The notes below the pieces were generated by a model. It was not told the DNA's origin, made no database searches, and saw only the letters and a program-made list of their open reading frames with translations. DNA of 63,474 nucleotides, the filler included, from Neolecta irregularis DAH-3 (lineage: Eukaryota): the NCBI GenBank assembly GCA_001929475.1. It is 15 parts of 15 records of this genome, joined end to end, with 100 filler letters (N's around TTAATTAATTAA, not from the genome) between each part and the next. Parts side by side here need not be neighbours in the genome. Positions count along the whole stretch, not along the records: positions 1 to 8,204 come from LXFE01001008.1; positions 8,305 to 13,585 come from LXFE01001010.1; 13 more parts are not named here. One strand, 5' to 3'. Below, piece after piece: positions 1 to 11,254 of the stretch (positions are counted from its first letter, which is position 1; each line of letters starts with the position of its first letter). The translations under genes were made by a program, and so were the position numbers.

Positions 1-66
1 GCGACAATTTCCAATCGTTGTTTTTGTTGTTGAATAGTAGTGTCCACGTCTCTTTTCCAAAGGACA
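1..66 (-). pseudogene. ddb1: Internal DDB1 segment (VLWKRDVDTTIQQQKQRLEIV), cut off by a GC-rich repeat
   Basis: The minus-strand frame joins seamlessly to the DDB1 exon ending at 8204, because nt 1-14 equal nt 8191-8204. The result ...QRLEIVADFRLGEMVNQIRG matches the DDB1 'LxxVGxFHLGEFVN' region. Confidence 0.75.
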
Positions 67-312
67 GGCGGGTGGGACGGGGCAGGATGGACGAGCGGGA
101 CAGGAGAGTCGGCCGGGACAGGAGAGGCGGGCGAGACGGGTGGGTCGGGCGGGGCGGGACAGGCAGGCAGGACAGGACGGGCGAGGCAGGCAGGACAGAT
201 GGGAGAGGCGGCCGAGAAAGACGGGCGGGAGGGGAGAGGCGGGTGGAACTGGACAGACGGGCGGGACCGGACAGGTGGGACAGGACAGGCGGGCGGGATG
301 GGACAGGTGGTG
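62..312. repeat. GC-rich strand-asymmetric repeat (GGACAGGCGGG-type), probably the interior of a non-autonomous element
   Basis: Degenerate ggacag/ggcggg units. Similar tracts occur at about 13480-13585, 17620-17790, 21840-22030 and 48570-48665, several inside hAT MITEs. Confidence 0.6.
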
Positions 313-867
313 TAATCGACTTTCTCTTTAAGACGATTTACAGGCCATGTGTGGAGCTTCTGTGCCCGCTGATCGCTGTGGAATGACTCTCCTGGTTTTA
401 TATATCCTACCCTACTCTTTCTACCCGTGCTAATGTGTAGTAGTTACACTTCCTGCACTATTCTCCTCCTCTCTCTCTCTCTTCCAATTCCGTTGTTGTC
501 TAGATTACTTCCTGTTCCAGGGAGGCTAGTACATTGCTGGGCAGTCTGGCTGCTCTGGAGTGGTTCTCCTTCGTCTTTTTCTATTTCCGTTATTTCTCTT
601 TCTGCTTTGTACTCTTTCCGTCTGATACCAGCCCGCCGCTGGCGGCTAATAAGAAGGGCAGCTCTTTTCTGTTCGTAGGTAGTCAATTGTATTAATCTAT
701 TTCTATTTCTAAGTCTTGACGGCCCAAGAGATTGAACGGCTATACGACCGCGCTCACCAATCAACAATCAACAATCTATAATCGTATAACCGCCTCCGAA
801 CGATAACGTAGTTACAAAACAAATCAGGGTTTGGCCAAAGGAACTTGAAACACAATATGGTCTTCCA

Positions 868-3800
868 TTATGACTTAGTTATTCCCTTCTTACTCGCAAG
901 GACTTTTGCCATTTGCTTTTTCAGCATGTAAAGGAACTCGACAGGGTGATTGCTTGCTTCTTCTTCGTTATATGGCAAGCCTAGTATCAAACCTTGCATA
1001 TTTGTGATAATCTCAGCACTGTAGACGACATTTGAATCCAATCCAAGAGCGATAAGCTTTGAGTGATCAACCGACATAAATACAAAGTCGGTCTTCAGGG
1101 GAATAGGAATGCCCGGAAATTTCCAACTTGAGGTTATCATTCTTAGTTGACAGCCAATAGCCTCAAGGGTTTCACTTTTAATGGAGGTACGATCCCCCTT
1201 ACTGAAAATAAATGTAACTCCATATTTGAGTGACATCTTGATTAGAAACATTGGCTGATGTTGAGTCTCTAATTTGGGTATCCAAAAAAAGAGTATGGTT
1301 TCCGGATGCGTTTTGCAAGTGTCATGGCTCCAGAGAAAATCCGAGGATTTAAAATAATTTTCAGAGCCATTTTCCTGATAATGGCTATTTCCAAAGGCGA
1401 GTTCACTTGCGTCCAGGAAAAGAACATTCGTCTTGATCTGCGCTGAACTATGAGCATACTGAATCCTAGCGAAGCGATCGAAGATCTCTACAGGAATTTC
1501 AGCCCGAGGGTTTGATAACGTTGAATACAGCTTTCTATATTCCTGTGGAATAGATGATACTTTTGGGATTTTTATCTGGGGTAGGTCCATCGGATTTGTA
1601 ATATCATTCAGTTTTTTCAGTGACTCCAGAGATGTCCGGTCAAAGTTTCTAAAATGCCCGGGTTTTTTCGTTGACTTGACATAAGACTCTAAAAACTCAT
1701 CCAAATTAGTATTGTCGGTATTTTTCGGTTTTTTTGTATTTTTCGACTTTTGCGGTGTTTTAGGTTTCCCGGAATTATAACTATTGGATATGGGAACAGA
1801 AGTGGGCTTAATCAAAGAGTTTTGCGGTCTCTCAACATTATTTCTTTGATCCGACGGATCATGTAGCTTGTTGACATTCGCTCCTGTGGATGTTTTACTG
1901 GAGGATATCAAAGAGCTTTGCAATCTTGGCTTTGATAACTCTGAAGAAGATAATTCTTGAACTCTACTTTTATCATTTTGGCGCAATTTGGGAGGAATGT
2001 TTTCAGCCAATGACTGCGGCTCAAACTCGGAAGATTTGTGATATTGAACAGAAGTAGGTTTAACCAACAAATTCTCTGGTCCTTTGACATCATTTTCCAA
2101 GCGATCACGTAGCGCATTGGTATTCCTTTCCGCGGATGTTTTGCCGGAGGATCTCGAAGAGCTTTGCAATCTTGGCTTTGACTTTGATATTGAAGACGAA
2201 TATTTTGGTGTAGATTTTTCAGCCCTAACTTCATTGTTCGGTTTGCGTGTAATTATTTCAGCCGATGACATAGTCTCAGATAGGGAAGAGTTGTCAGATT
2301 GTTTCTCGGTATTTCTCGATACATCTGAAGCATCGGTATTTGAAGGCCTCTTGGAAATCGCAGCTTGTAGGACATGCTTGTTTGCAATGGTGACTATCTT
2401 GGGTATATCGTTTGCAAGAACCTTATAGGGATGGTGGATGTAATCATTTGCTGTGGATTTCGAAGTACTAATGGAGGAAACACTTGCAGCAATATGTTGA
2501 CTCCACAAAGGCTTGACACTATTCATCTCACCATTGTCATTCATCCAAGATTTTGAGGGTGGGTCGACTTTATCACGAGTGACAACTTCCGCGAGTGGAT
2601 TTGTTAATTCTTTTTTGTTAGAACCACCCTTCGAATTGAGATTCTTTGTTGGATATTTCAGGGGGCTAGCAAGTATTTCACTCCACAGTAGACTGACACC
2701 AGCGTTGTTGCCATTCATAAGTTTCGACGCTTTTTGCTCTTCTGTTGGAGCAGTCTTTGGAGGTTTTGCAATCGACGAGGGGAAAACTTTTCCTGACCCC
2801 TTGACAGGACATTTACCGGAGGGCTCTTTCTCACAATTGTGAAATTCTTTAGACAGTTTTGTAGGGTTCGCTGGTAATTCTAGTTGACTGGCAGCAGGTT
2901 TAGGTTTTGCAGAAGATGGTAAACCAGGGTGAGATGGGTCTGATCCGAAGACATCTTGACGTTGTAGAATGACACGAGATTTCCAGAGTGCTCCCCTCTT
3001 AATGCTGTTAGTATTATATGTGGTAATTACTAGGTCGTCCTCGTCATCCGATAATATATCCGAATCACCAGAACTAAGATCATATTGTTCGGAAATGATG
3101 GATTTTGAATGGGATTCTGGTGAGGGAAAATCTGGAAAATCCATGGCTGAGGACAATTCAGACAAATCTCTGGTTGAGGACAATTCAGACAGATCCTTGG
3201 TTGGATACAATTCAGACATATACTTTGTTCGAAATGCATCAGATGAAAGCCTTTTATGTGAGTTCTCAAATATTTAGACATACATACGCAAATTGTTCAA
3301 AGTACATATCGGGCTGGAAATTTTCATCGTAAAATTGTTGAGCTTCATTTGTGAAATATATTGGTATTTTGGATAGTAGCATGCAGTGCGAGACAGCAAA
3401 CCACGGATCTACTTGTGACTGAAGATTGACCCTTGACAACTGAAAAGCATTACAATCATCTACATGTTAGCAATATTACAGTTGCGTGGTTCTTACCTGT
3501 ACCAAGACAAGCTTGAGCACAAGAATCATGATCAAACGAAACCTGGATTTCAAAAAATCCAGACTTTAGAGCTTCCTCTGCGTCTTTGGACACTACTACA
3601 AGCTGTCGAAAGGGAATGGTTTCGAAAAGTTGTGCAAGTGGCAAAGTACCAACGATAGAATCTGCCATAATATCCTGGGTAAGTTTATATTGTGCGACAT
3701 ATTGCAGTTGTTGCTTCAACATCGAGCCCTTGCTCATACGATGATCAGGAACCTTTGATAATAACTGACAATAAAATATTTGGAACCATGGTGGCTGTTC

Positions 3801-4071
3801 CAAAGTTTGTGATATTTGGAAAGCTTTGCAAGATTCTGAATGATATCAATGAAGTCTCTTGAATGGGGATCGTACCATTTTCATGGCACCTTTGAGCACA
3901 GTGATCATGAGCCTCTGGTCCATACACAATATCGAAGAATCCGTCCTCAAGAACCGCAGAGTTCCAGGAGGAAAGAAAAGTAGGATGATTTTCATGGACA
4001 AAGATGCCTTGTAGAAAGTGGGCTCCAGCTATCGAAATGACAGCACAAAAGAACAAAAACGCATGTCCCAT
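868..4071 (-). CDS. Secreted protein of about 1029 aa: signal peptide, two PAN/Apple-like Cys domains, long S/K/P-rich low-complexity region, C-terminal globular domain
   Basis: Three GT-AG introns (3836-3875, 3460-3496, 3251-3287) join the 108-aa, 115-aa and 783-aa ORFs in frame. Signal peptide MGHAFLFFCAVISIAGA. Cys motifs CAQRCHENESCKAFQ...FYCQLL and CAQACLGTDDCNAFQ...HCMLL. Confidence 0.8.
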
Positions 4072-5020
4072 TGTCTAGTGTCGGCGAAGAGAGTTCAAAC
4101 TGGGGAAATGGCGAGGGAACGCCCATTTAAAGCGAACCAGATCAAACATGTCTCAATCTATGGCTGCCACCGAGACATTGACGACGGAATAGAGCTCGAT
4201 AGCTGAAACTGCTGTTTCCAGAGTCAATCTGCGACATAGTTTTAACCTTCTACCGGTTTATGCAGATCACCTAGACACCCTTATTCCAGGTTTTCCAGAG
4301 CATCTCTCAAATCTTTCCAATCCCTGCCCCCAAAGAATCCCACCCTACCCGAATCCCCCAAGCCCCCTTGCGTATCAGTGCCTCACCCAAGACTCCATCA
4401 TGGAAGCTGTTGTCGCCCGCAGAGACCGAGGGGCGATTCCCACTGCAGGCCTGCTCCCGCCGGTTGCTCGTCCAAAGGATAAAAGGGTCTTGTCCCTGCC
4501 GCTCCCGCTGTTTGCAATATTCCACATCTATTTACGAATTAGATTTCGCTACAGGAATTTCTGGACTCCATCGACGAATTAGAAATTGTTCGCAATGCTC
4601 CTATACTGAATGAATACGCTCGCATGCAAGCACAGGAATTCGTCCGGGGAAGACTGGGGGAAGAAGTCCGTATTGGGGATATCAGAAACTTGACTCGCGA
4701 GTTAGGGGGTGGGGAACTCACTGCAGGCCTAATCCCGCTGGGCGCTCGCCATTCCCTGCAGCTGAACCTCGAGGATAACGAGGCTAGGATCACAACGACG
4801 ATAAGGTGAATGCATTTCGCCTAATTCATCCCACCATGCCATCCGATGCCTTGAATCAAAACACAGATCTGCCAAGTAGACGAGCCTGTTGTAACACCTT
4901 GCCAAGGTATTACAGTGACCTTGGCTTGGACAGCAGGGGCATACCAGCCTTCGCTACAAGAATCGGCCACAGTACTACTTTTGGAAAACGCCCAATAGAG
5001 CCAGATGTTTTATAGCGGAT

Positions 5021-5520
5021 TTCATGTTGAAAAAGAGTCAGCCATTGGTCTTTTCATGAACATTTCACCGGGACCGGAACGCCAAGCGCCTTTGGATGTC
5101 TCAAGAAGGGTTCATAGAGGAAACAAGGCCTTTCTTTTCTTATTAAATAGCAGACCTGTAGCTCACTAAGGAAGCAGGCTTTTATACAACCCGAAACCAG
5201 ACCCTTCCATAGTCAGTTTAACCTATATTATGTTGACAAAGCTCAAACTTCGCCGTTGTGGGGACAAGCTTTTGAAAGACAATACATTTTCCGGATCAGG
5301 AGGTTTCCTGCCACGATTCAGCCCATTTTCCAACCACAATGCCCGCATTCAGAAACATTCATGTAAAGAGTCAGCCATTGGTCTTTTCATGAACATTTCA
5401 CCGGGACCGGAACGCCAAGCGCCTTTGGATGTCTCAAGAAGGGTTGATAGAGGAAACAAGGCTTTTCTTTTCTTATTTAAACCCTAGCCTTCCCTCAAGC
5501 GAGTCAGTTTAACCTATATT
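5021..5520 (+). promoter_or_regulatory. Tandemly duplicated upstream region of the MLTKLF secreted family
   Basis: About 5021-5244 and 5286-5535 are near-identical, each ending in GTCAGTTTAACCTATATT-ATGTTGACAAAGCTC. A third copy lies at about 49214-49450. Confidence 0.7.
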
Positions 5521-6870
5521 ATGTTGACAAAGCTCTTCTTGCTGATCGTACTTTATGCGAATGTGATTTGCACGGCATCTTTTCTCGATCATTTCGTTCA
5601 AGTTGGGGGTCGTTTTGAAGATCGTGTATTATCTTTTGAGAATATAGTAGGTCCATTGTGGAAGGTGAAAATGATGTCAGTAAAAATTGCAACAAACAGA
5701 TGTGCAGAGGAATGCTACTTGGGTAAGTATATCTGCAAGTCATTCGTCATATTACGCCTCGAAGAGGAATTAACATGTCTGAAATTTGGGACCTCTTCAA
5801 AAGATATTGTTACGCAGCCAGGCGCTTGGGTCAGAGTAATTCAAGGAGTATACGAGTAAGCACCTGCGATTGAATGGAAAGTCTGATATTCTAGTATTCA
5901 TGAACAACGAAAATTTCCTCTTAAAGATATTTCTCAGGATATGAAAGTTAAATCAGGAGAAGAGTGGGCCAAGGATATTTTTATAAAATATGGTGGATCT
6001 TCAGTATTCCATCCAACGGCCACAGAAGCATTTTACTTACCTCTTTTACTCTTGTGCAGGAAGATTGCGATGCTCCCCACCCCACCGAAAGCAATAAATT
6101 TTGAGAATAATATTCTGTCAACTGTCAAAGGTCAAGAAAAGGATCGCACCGAAAATGGAGAGTCAAAGTCCAAATACCGCAAAATGAATCCGGGAGCCCG
6201 AGAAAATACACCTACTGAAATGATTAGCATGGACTTAGATTCATGGACAGTTCCTTCAGGAAGAAGCTCTTCACCAGAGCGCATTCAAAATATGGCGTTG
6301 ACTTTTCTACAAATACTCGGCGAGAATATTGAAGGCATTACCACTGATTTTAATGAGAAAGATCGGTATTTAATTTTTAAAGAAAAAGATATGCACCTAA
6401 TCGTTGGTTTCCCTCGCGTTGGAGAGTATATTATAATATGGGGGGAACCTCCGACTGATGAAAATAAACAAGAGGCAATTGCAGCACATGTATATGAACT
6501 CTATTTGCACGGTGTCACCGAGTATTCCTTTGAGAATAATCGTTCACAGTATTCTGGAATCCTTTCAAATTTGATTCGAGTCGACTTCACATATGATGAC
6601 ATCGATTATTTCGACGATGTGGATGTGGAAATGTTAATAGCAAAACTTGTTCTACAGGTGGCAGGCATATTACTTCATGAAATTGACGTCGATGATAATT
6701 TCTCTCACCAAATAAGTACTACACCATTCATTCGCGATCTCATGGCAATCGTGGTCTCTAACGTGTATGAGAAGAACTGGCAATCCAATTCTGTTCAATC
6801 TCGTCTAAGCAACAGACGATTAGGAAAACATTTCGTGGATACAATCATTACAACCAACAATGATACTTGA
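5521..6870 (+). CDS. Secreted protein of about 436 aa with an N-terminal PAN/Apple-like domain (MLTKLF family)
   Basis: Intron 5856-5894 (GTAAGC..CTGAT..TAG) joins the 112-aa and 309-aa ORFs in frame. Signal peptide MLTKLFLLIVLYANVICTA. Motif CAEECYLGKYICKSFV..TCLKF. Confidence 0.8.
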
Positions 6871-7708
6871 GAGTATCCTTACAGGAGCCTTGCCAGCAAG
6901 GATTGCAGGCACCTGTTTTTTCTTGTTAGATAGTCAATTGTCAATTGTTTCGCCGTTTGTGCACTTGATTAATCCGTGTAAATCGAATCTTAAAACCCGA
7001 CTATATACCGACCTTGGCGCATATCCAAGTGTTTAACATGCGGAGAATAAGACACTATGGAAGAATTCAAATATCTCTCTATTACTTCCCGGTCCAAGTC
7101 ATCTGAACTATGCCTCCAAAAAACATCCATCGAGGGAGCACTGAGAAGGTCAGAGCAGATGAATGGGTCGGCTCAATGCCTGGGGCTGTATCAAATGTTG
7201 AAATCTCGGCATTGAATTGGAAAAGTAAAAGTAAAACTTGGTCGTCGTCGAGACAAGCTTGACCCTCTCCATTTTCACACCAAACGTCATGGGCCGTCAT
7301 CTATATTCTGCAAATAGACCTGGATTGAGGCTGATACCTTGATTTTTCGGAATCTATTACACGGCTGGTTTCTGATTCGTTTGATCGTTGATAACGAGCG
7401 GAGTCTCGCCGTGCTTGAAGCGTGTGAAATCATCCGGGCTCATGAGAGTTTACAAGTATCATCCTTTCTCAAATACTGACCATCACGCAATTTTCGTATG
7501 AGAACAGCGGTACATGAAGCTACAACCGAACAAGTTGAATTTGAAGCCAAGAGCGGTAACTGGAAGTGTTGAAATTGTACCGTTGGTGTGGAGATGGAAG
7601 AGCACTTGTTTAGATTGAAGAAGAGACGGCAGATTAGTTTGGTCTAGGTTTGAGGCGAATTCGGATGTATATTGGATATGGAGAAGTAACCTGGCCATAA
7701 TTGATATA

Positions 7709-8204
7709 CTAGTGCAAACGAACTAGCTCTTCTACAAGACTGGATACCCTTTCGACTGAAAGGTCGAGCGACTCGCATCCATTTCCGCCGTGGACAACGA
7801 GTTGCATTTGAGAATGATCCAGTTCAAGAAAGCGCGCGATAAGATCGCCATCGACGCATCGTCGAGATTGGTCCATTGTCCGCCGATCGTTTGAAAATGC
7901 TCTATATCTAATGTCGGCGGTGGGTATTATCAGGACTTACTTTTGGTGTGTTTGGCCGCTTATGCATGTTATTACTTTTGTTAGATTTTCTTGCAGTTTT
8001 AGCAGTGGTTCGATCCATCCTTGTTTGATTAAGCCAAAGATTCCAATACTTCCGTCGACCGTCGCGTAAACTGCTTTTACATCGACTAGTTCACTTGTAC
8101 AATCATTCAGTGATCCTAAAACTCGGCCTAGATACAGTGGGGGACAAACCACCACGAATCTGATTGACCATCTCGCCGAGGCGAAAATCAGCGACAATTT
8201 CCAA
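7709..8204 (-). CDS. ddb1: DNA damage-binding protein 1, C-terminal part (partial at contig end)
   Basis: Spliced translation gives ATVDGSIGIFG..LLKLQENL..YRAFSND..CVDGDLIARFLEL..VSSLVEELVRLH*, the typical DDB1 C-terminus. Two short introns. Confidence 0.85.
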
Positions 8205-8304
8205 NNNNNNNNNNNNNNNNNNNNNNNNNNNNNNNNNNNNNNNNNNNNTTAATTAATTAANNNNNNNNNNNNNNNNNNNNNNNNNNNNNNNNNNNNNNNN
8301 NNNN
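8205..8304. other. Artificial contig spacer N44-TTAATTAATTAA-N44 (first of 14)
   Basis: Identical 100-nt spacers with stops in all frames start at 8205, 13586, 15072, 18057, 21883, 32946, 35761, 39460, 45449, 46744, 47916, 49681, 50951 and 61801. Confidence 0.98.
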
Positions 8305-9295
8305 GGTAGCCTAATATCGTGTTCATATAATCACGACGTTCTTGACTCGCCACGATAACGTAAATATGCTTGAATCCAAGCTTATCTAGATTTAGACTTT
8401 GATCATCGACAACTACGGATTTCCAATTTTTCGGTCCTAATTGTTGTGGTTTGAATATGACAATAAGAGTAGGAATCATGACCCTTGCTTTTTAGTGCAA
8501 CTCTTTACAAGATTCTTTTACATTACGATCAAAAGAATTAAGCCTAAAAGACTGAAAATTATTCGTTTCTTCTTGCTAACATATGGGTTTTTAGATGATT
8601 TCTCGTCATATTGAGAAAGTTCAGCTCCTTGATTCGAGCTAGTGCTGTTCATGTCGAACTTTCAGTGTCCAGTCAAGGACAACGGGCCTTTAAATAGATT
8701 AAATAGAGTGAGATATTTAAATTTAGATGAGACATTGGTATAGTACCACGACATTTCTTTGCGTAGTTTCAGTTCACACCGAGGCCACAAGGCACAACCA
8801 CCATGATCCGCCATAGCAAGAGTTAGACCCGAATCTCTTTCGCAACTAGTCAATGATTTATCCCGAATATTTCCAAAATTCACTAAACTAATTTAGCACA
8901 GTATAATTATGTACGCCAACGTCCCGTCGCCGGCCTATCGGATGCATTGCATCCGATAACACTACCAAAAAATGAAAACAGGCTTAGAGCACTTTTAACA
9001 TTCCCTCGTGTACTTCGTTCCTCAACTTTCCCCTCATCTCAAATTTCAATGGAGGTGGAGTTTCTAACCGTGTTTTTGAATATTGTTCCTTTGGTCCTTG
9101 CGTTTCTAATTGGGTAAACCTTTTTGGCAACCATTCTCTAATTCACCTCAGCCTCTCCTCGGTCCTCCTGCGAGAATTGCAACCCTCTACCTCGCCAAAG
9201 ATTCGTAGAATGGCAAAACCTAATTGACCAAGATGAGGTTGGTGCATGGAAACTCCCACAAATGATATCCAGACTTTTTAAGATGGCAGATTACC

Positions 9296-9497
9296 TGCAA
9301 GTGTTGAAGCTCGAGTACAATAAGATCAGGTTATACTTCCTTAATCTAAGCTTGTAGATTTGTAAGCTTAGACCAACTGAGTGTAACCTTTATATACATT
9401 TGACATTTCGATATAATGTCCCTTATTTCTTTCTCTGCCACTTACTGTATGTATTGGTGCTGGTATATCCAGCTAATACCTCAGATACATGCTTACA
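9296..9497 (-). mobile_element. Probable solo LTR (family A)
   Basis: On the minus strand it reads TGTAAGCA...TATATAAAGG...TCTACAAGCTTAGATTAAGG...CTTGCA. The same 3' end recurs at 35861-35925 and 48698-48818. Flanks TTACC/TTATT look like a decayed 5-bp TSD. Confidence 0.55.
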
Positions 9498-9743
9498 TTA
9501 TTTGCCTATTGAGACACAAATACATTATATTATGGATGGAATATATGACATGCCATAAATGGACTATTCGAGGATCTTTCAGAGTGATAAGATGAGGCTG
9601 ATAAGTATACAACTCAGTGTTCTGAAATTCCTGGCTAAGGAGTAGTAATCCTCTTTCCACCTTTGAAGCGAGTTCTCAGAAAATCAAATGCATAAGTATA
9701 GGGACAGGATATACCCATCTCAACGTCCGCGTTTAATGGGATG

Positions 9744-9916
9744 TGTTCCACGCGAAATGTAAAATACGCGAAACGCAACGAGAAATAACCACCGCCACCA
9801 CACCGATCAAAGCTTTGCTTATGGGTACCCACCTAGATGCCTCTTTCTTTGAGTTGGTGTGGTGGCGGTGGTTATTTCCCTTTACGTTTCGCGTATTTTA
9901 CATTTCGCGCGGAACA
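9744..9916. mobile_element. MITE with about 60-70-bp TIRs, TGT...ACA ends and a 4-bp TSD (Ginger-like)
   Basis: TGTTCCACGCGAAATGTAAAATACGCGAAACG... pairs with ...CGTTTCGCGTATTTTACATTTCGCGCGGAACA. GATG flanks both sides (9740-9743 and 9917-9920). Confidence 0.8.
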
Positions 9917-9979
9917 GATGTCATCCTCTCTTCGCTGCTTAGCAAGACACCAATAGATGAGTCTGAATTGGTTTAAGCA

Positions 9980-10624
9980 GGACACCGTTTCCGGCGGGGT
10001 CGGGCGGGCGGGTCAAAACCTTTCCGGCAGGCGGGCAGGCGGGCGGCTCGTCTTTTTTGACAATTAGGATAGGTGCAATACAATATTCACTAAATAACCA
10101 AAATTGCCAACATAAAATGATTTCTATCTGGCCATTTCTTTCATTGGTGAAGTATGCTGCACATACAAAGTTCATGTCGTATCATCCTGTTCACTTTGTC
10201 ACGTGATCACTGACAAATCTTGCGAGCCTTACTTCGAGCAAATTGCAATCAATTCACAGTTGAACAACCAACCAACGTATTCAAAGGAAACAAGCACTAT
10301 CGGGGTCAGAATTTAAAGGAAAAACTAATGGTCTGCCAACAAATTCAATACAAGAAAGTCAAAGGGGGACCTTTGACTAAGCATCACATGGAAGAAATTG
10401 CCAAACGGCCATACAACCTAACAGCTTGCCAGAGCACTCTCTAGGTGGGCGGTTTAGATCTCTTGTTGAAGGCGAGAGGCATAACATCCATCCGCCCACC
10501 AGCCCGTCAGAGAGGCTCGGGCAGGCCGACAGTTCAGATTTCTCCGGCAGGATCATAGGATGGCGGCTTACTAATCCGCCTACTGCCCGCCGGCGGCCCA
10601 CCAGCCTAGCGGGTGGGCACACTG
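9980..10624. mobile_element. Non-autonomous hAT-like element, family 2 (TIR CAGTGTG[T/C]CCACCCG), left end eroded
   Basis: Ends with GGGTGGGCACACTG. Matching left ends CAGTGTGTCCACCCG at 18452 and 39631. Internal segments repeat at about 38250-38405 and 61901-62073. Confidence 0.65.
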
Positions 10625-10693
10625 GAGTTTTAGTATTGATGCAACCTGTAAGCATTGTTATAAAAGAAAAGATATATTAATATACATATTAAA

Positions 10694-11110
10694 TTACCAA
10701 TTCACAAAGTCTTTCCTACCCCAGCATCGCTGGCACTGTGTTACTGCAATAATATCTGGCTGAAGTTTAGATCGAAGAGACTCAAGCATATCACTTGCCT
10801 CATTAAATGCTCTTTCACAATTAGCACTTGATGCTGGTATTGTCAAGATATCAAGAGCTAGGTGACTGAGAGTTGGATAGGTTAGTAATCTGGTAGTCAG
10901 TTCCAATCAATGCCATCATAGTTGTCATCATCATTATTAAGTTCAGGACCACGGGTTGATATATCAATATCAATCTCATTGAGTGATATTGAAGGTGTCT
11001 GGTCTTGAAAAATCGAAATATTCGCTGTGGTAAGATCACTGGAATCCCTATTGAAGATTGGAATTGCATTACAATATGATAATATATCCTGGGATAACGC
11101 AGACAATTTT
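10694..11110 (-). pseudogene. hAT transposase relic (C-terminal dimerisation domain), frameshifted
   Basis: YPTLSHLALDILTIPASSANCERAFNEA..LRSKLQPDII..QCQRCW is the hAT dimerisation motif. The upstream acidic segment is in another frame. Confidence 0.85.
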
Positions 11111-11254
11111 TGGTAGATGTATTAAGAAAATATTCAATGTCTCATTAAAGTCTTAAACTGTCAAGTCTATCAAGTCCAATCAAGCAAGTCTACATTATTG
11201 TACTTACTTACTTGCCAATTTTTGTCTTCCAGACTTGCTTGTGACTTGAACGAC

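Noticed and set aside
18-386. G/R-rich ORFs in three frames (also 17603-18029, 21201-21938, 35416-35812 and 48336-48808)
   Set aside because: They are by-products of GC-rich repeats or antisense shadows of real genes.
8205-8304. Regularly recurring TTAATTAATTAA within N runs (possible repeat array)
   Set aside because: Identical 100-nt artificial contig spacers. ORFs ending in X..LIN and any gene cluster spanning spacers are artefacts.
8936-8958. 11-bp hairpin TATCGGATGCA-T-TGCATCCGATA as a Helitron 3' end
   Set aside because: There is no CTRR terminus at the expected distance and no second copy in the window.
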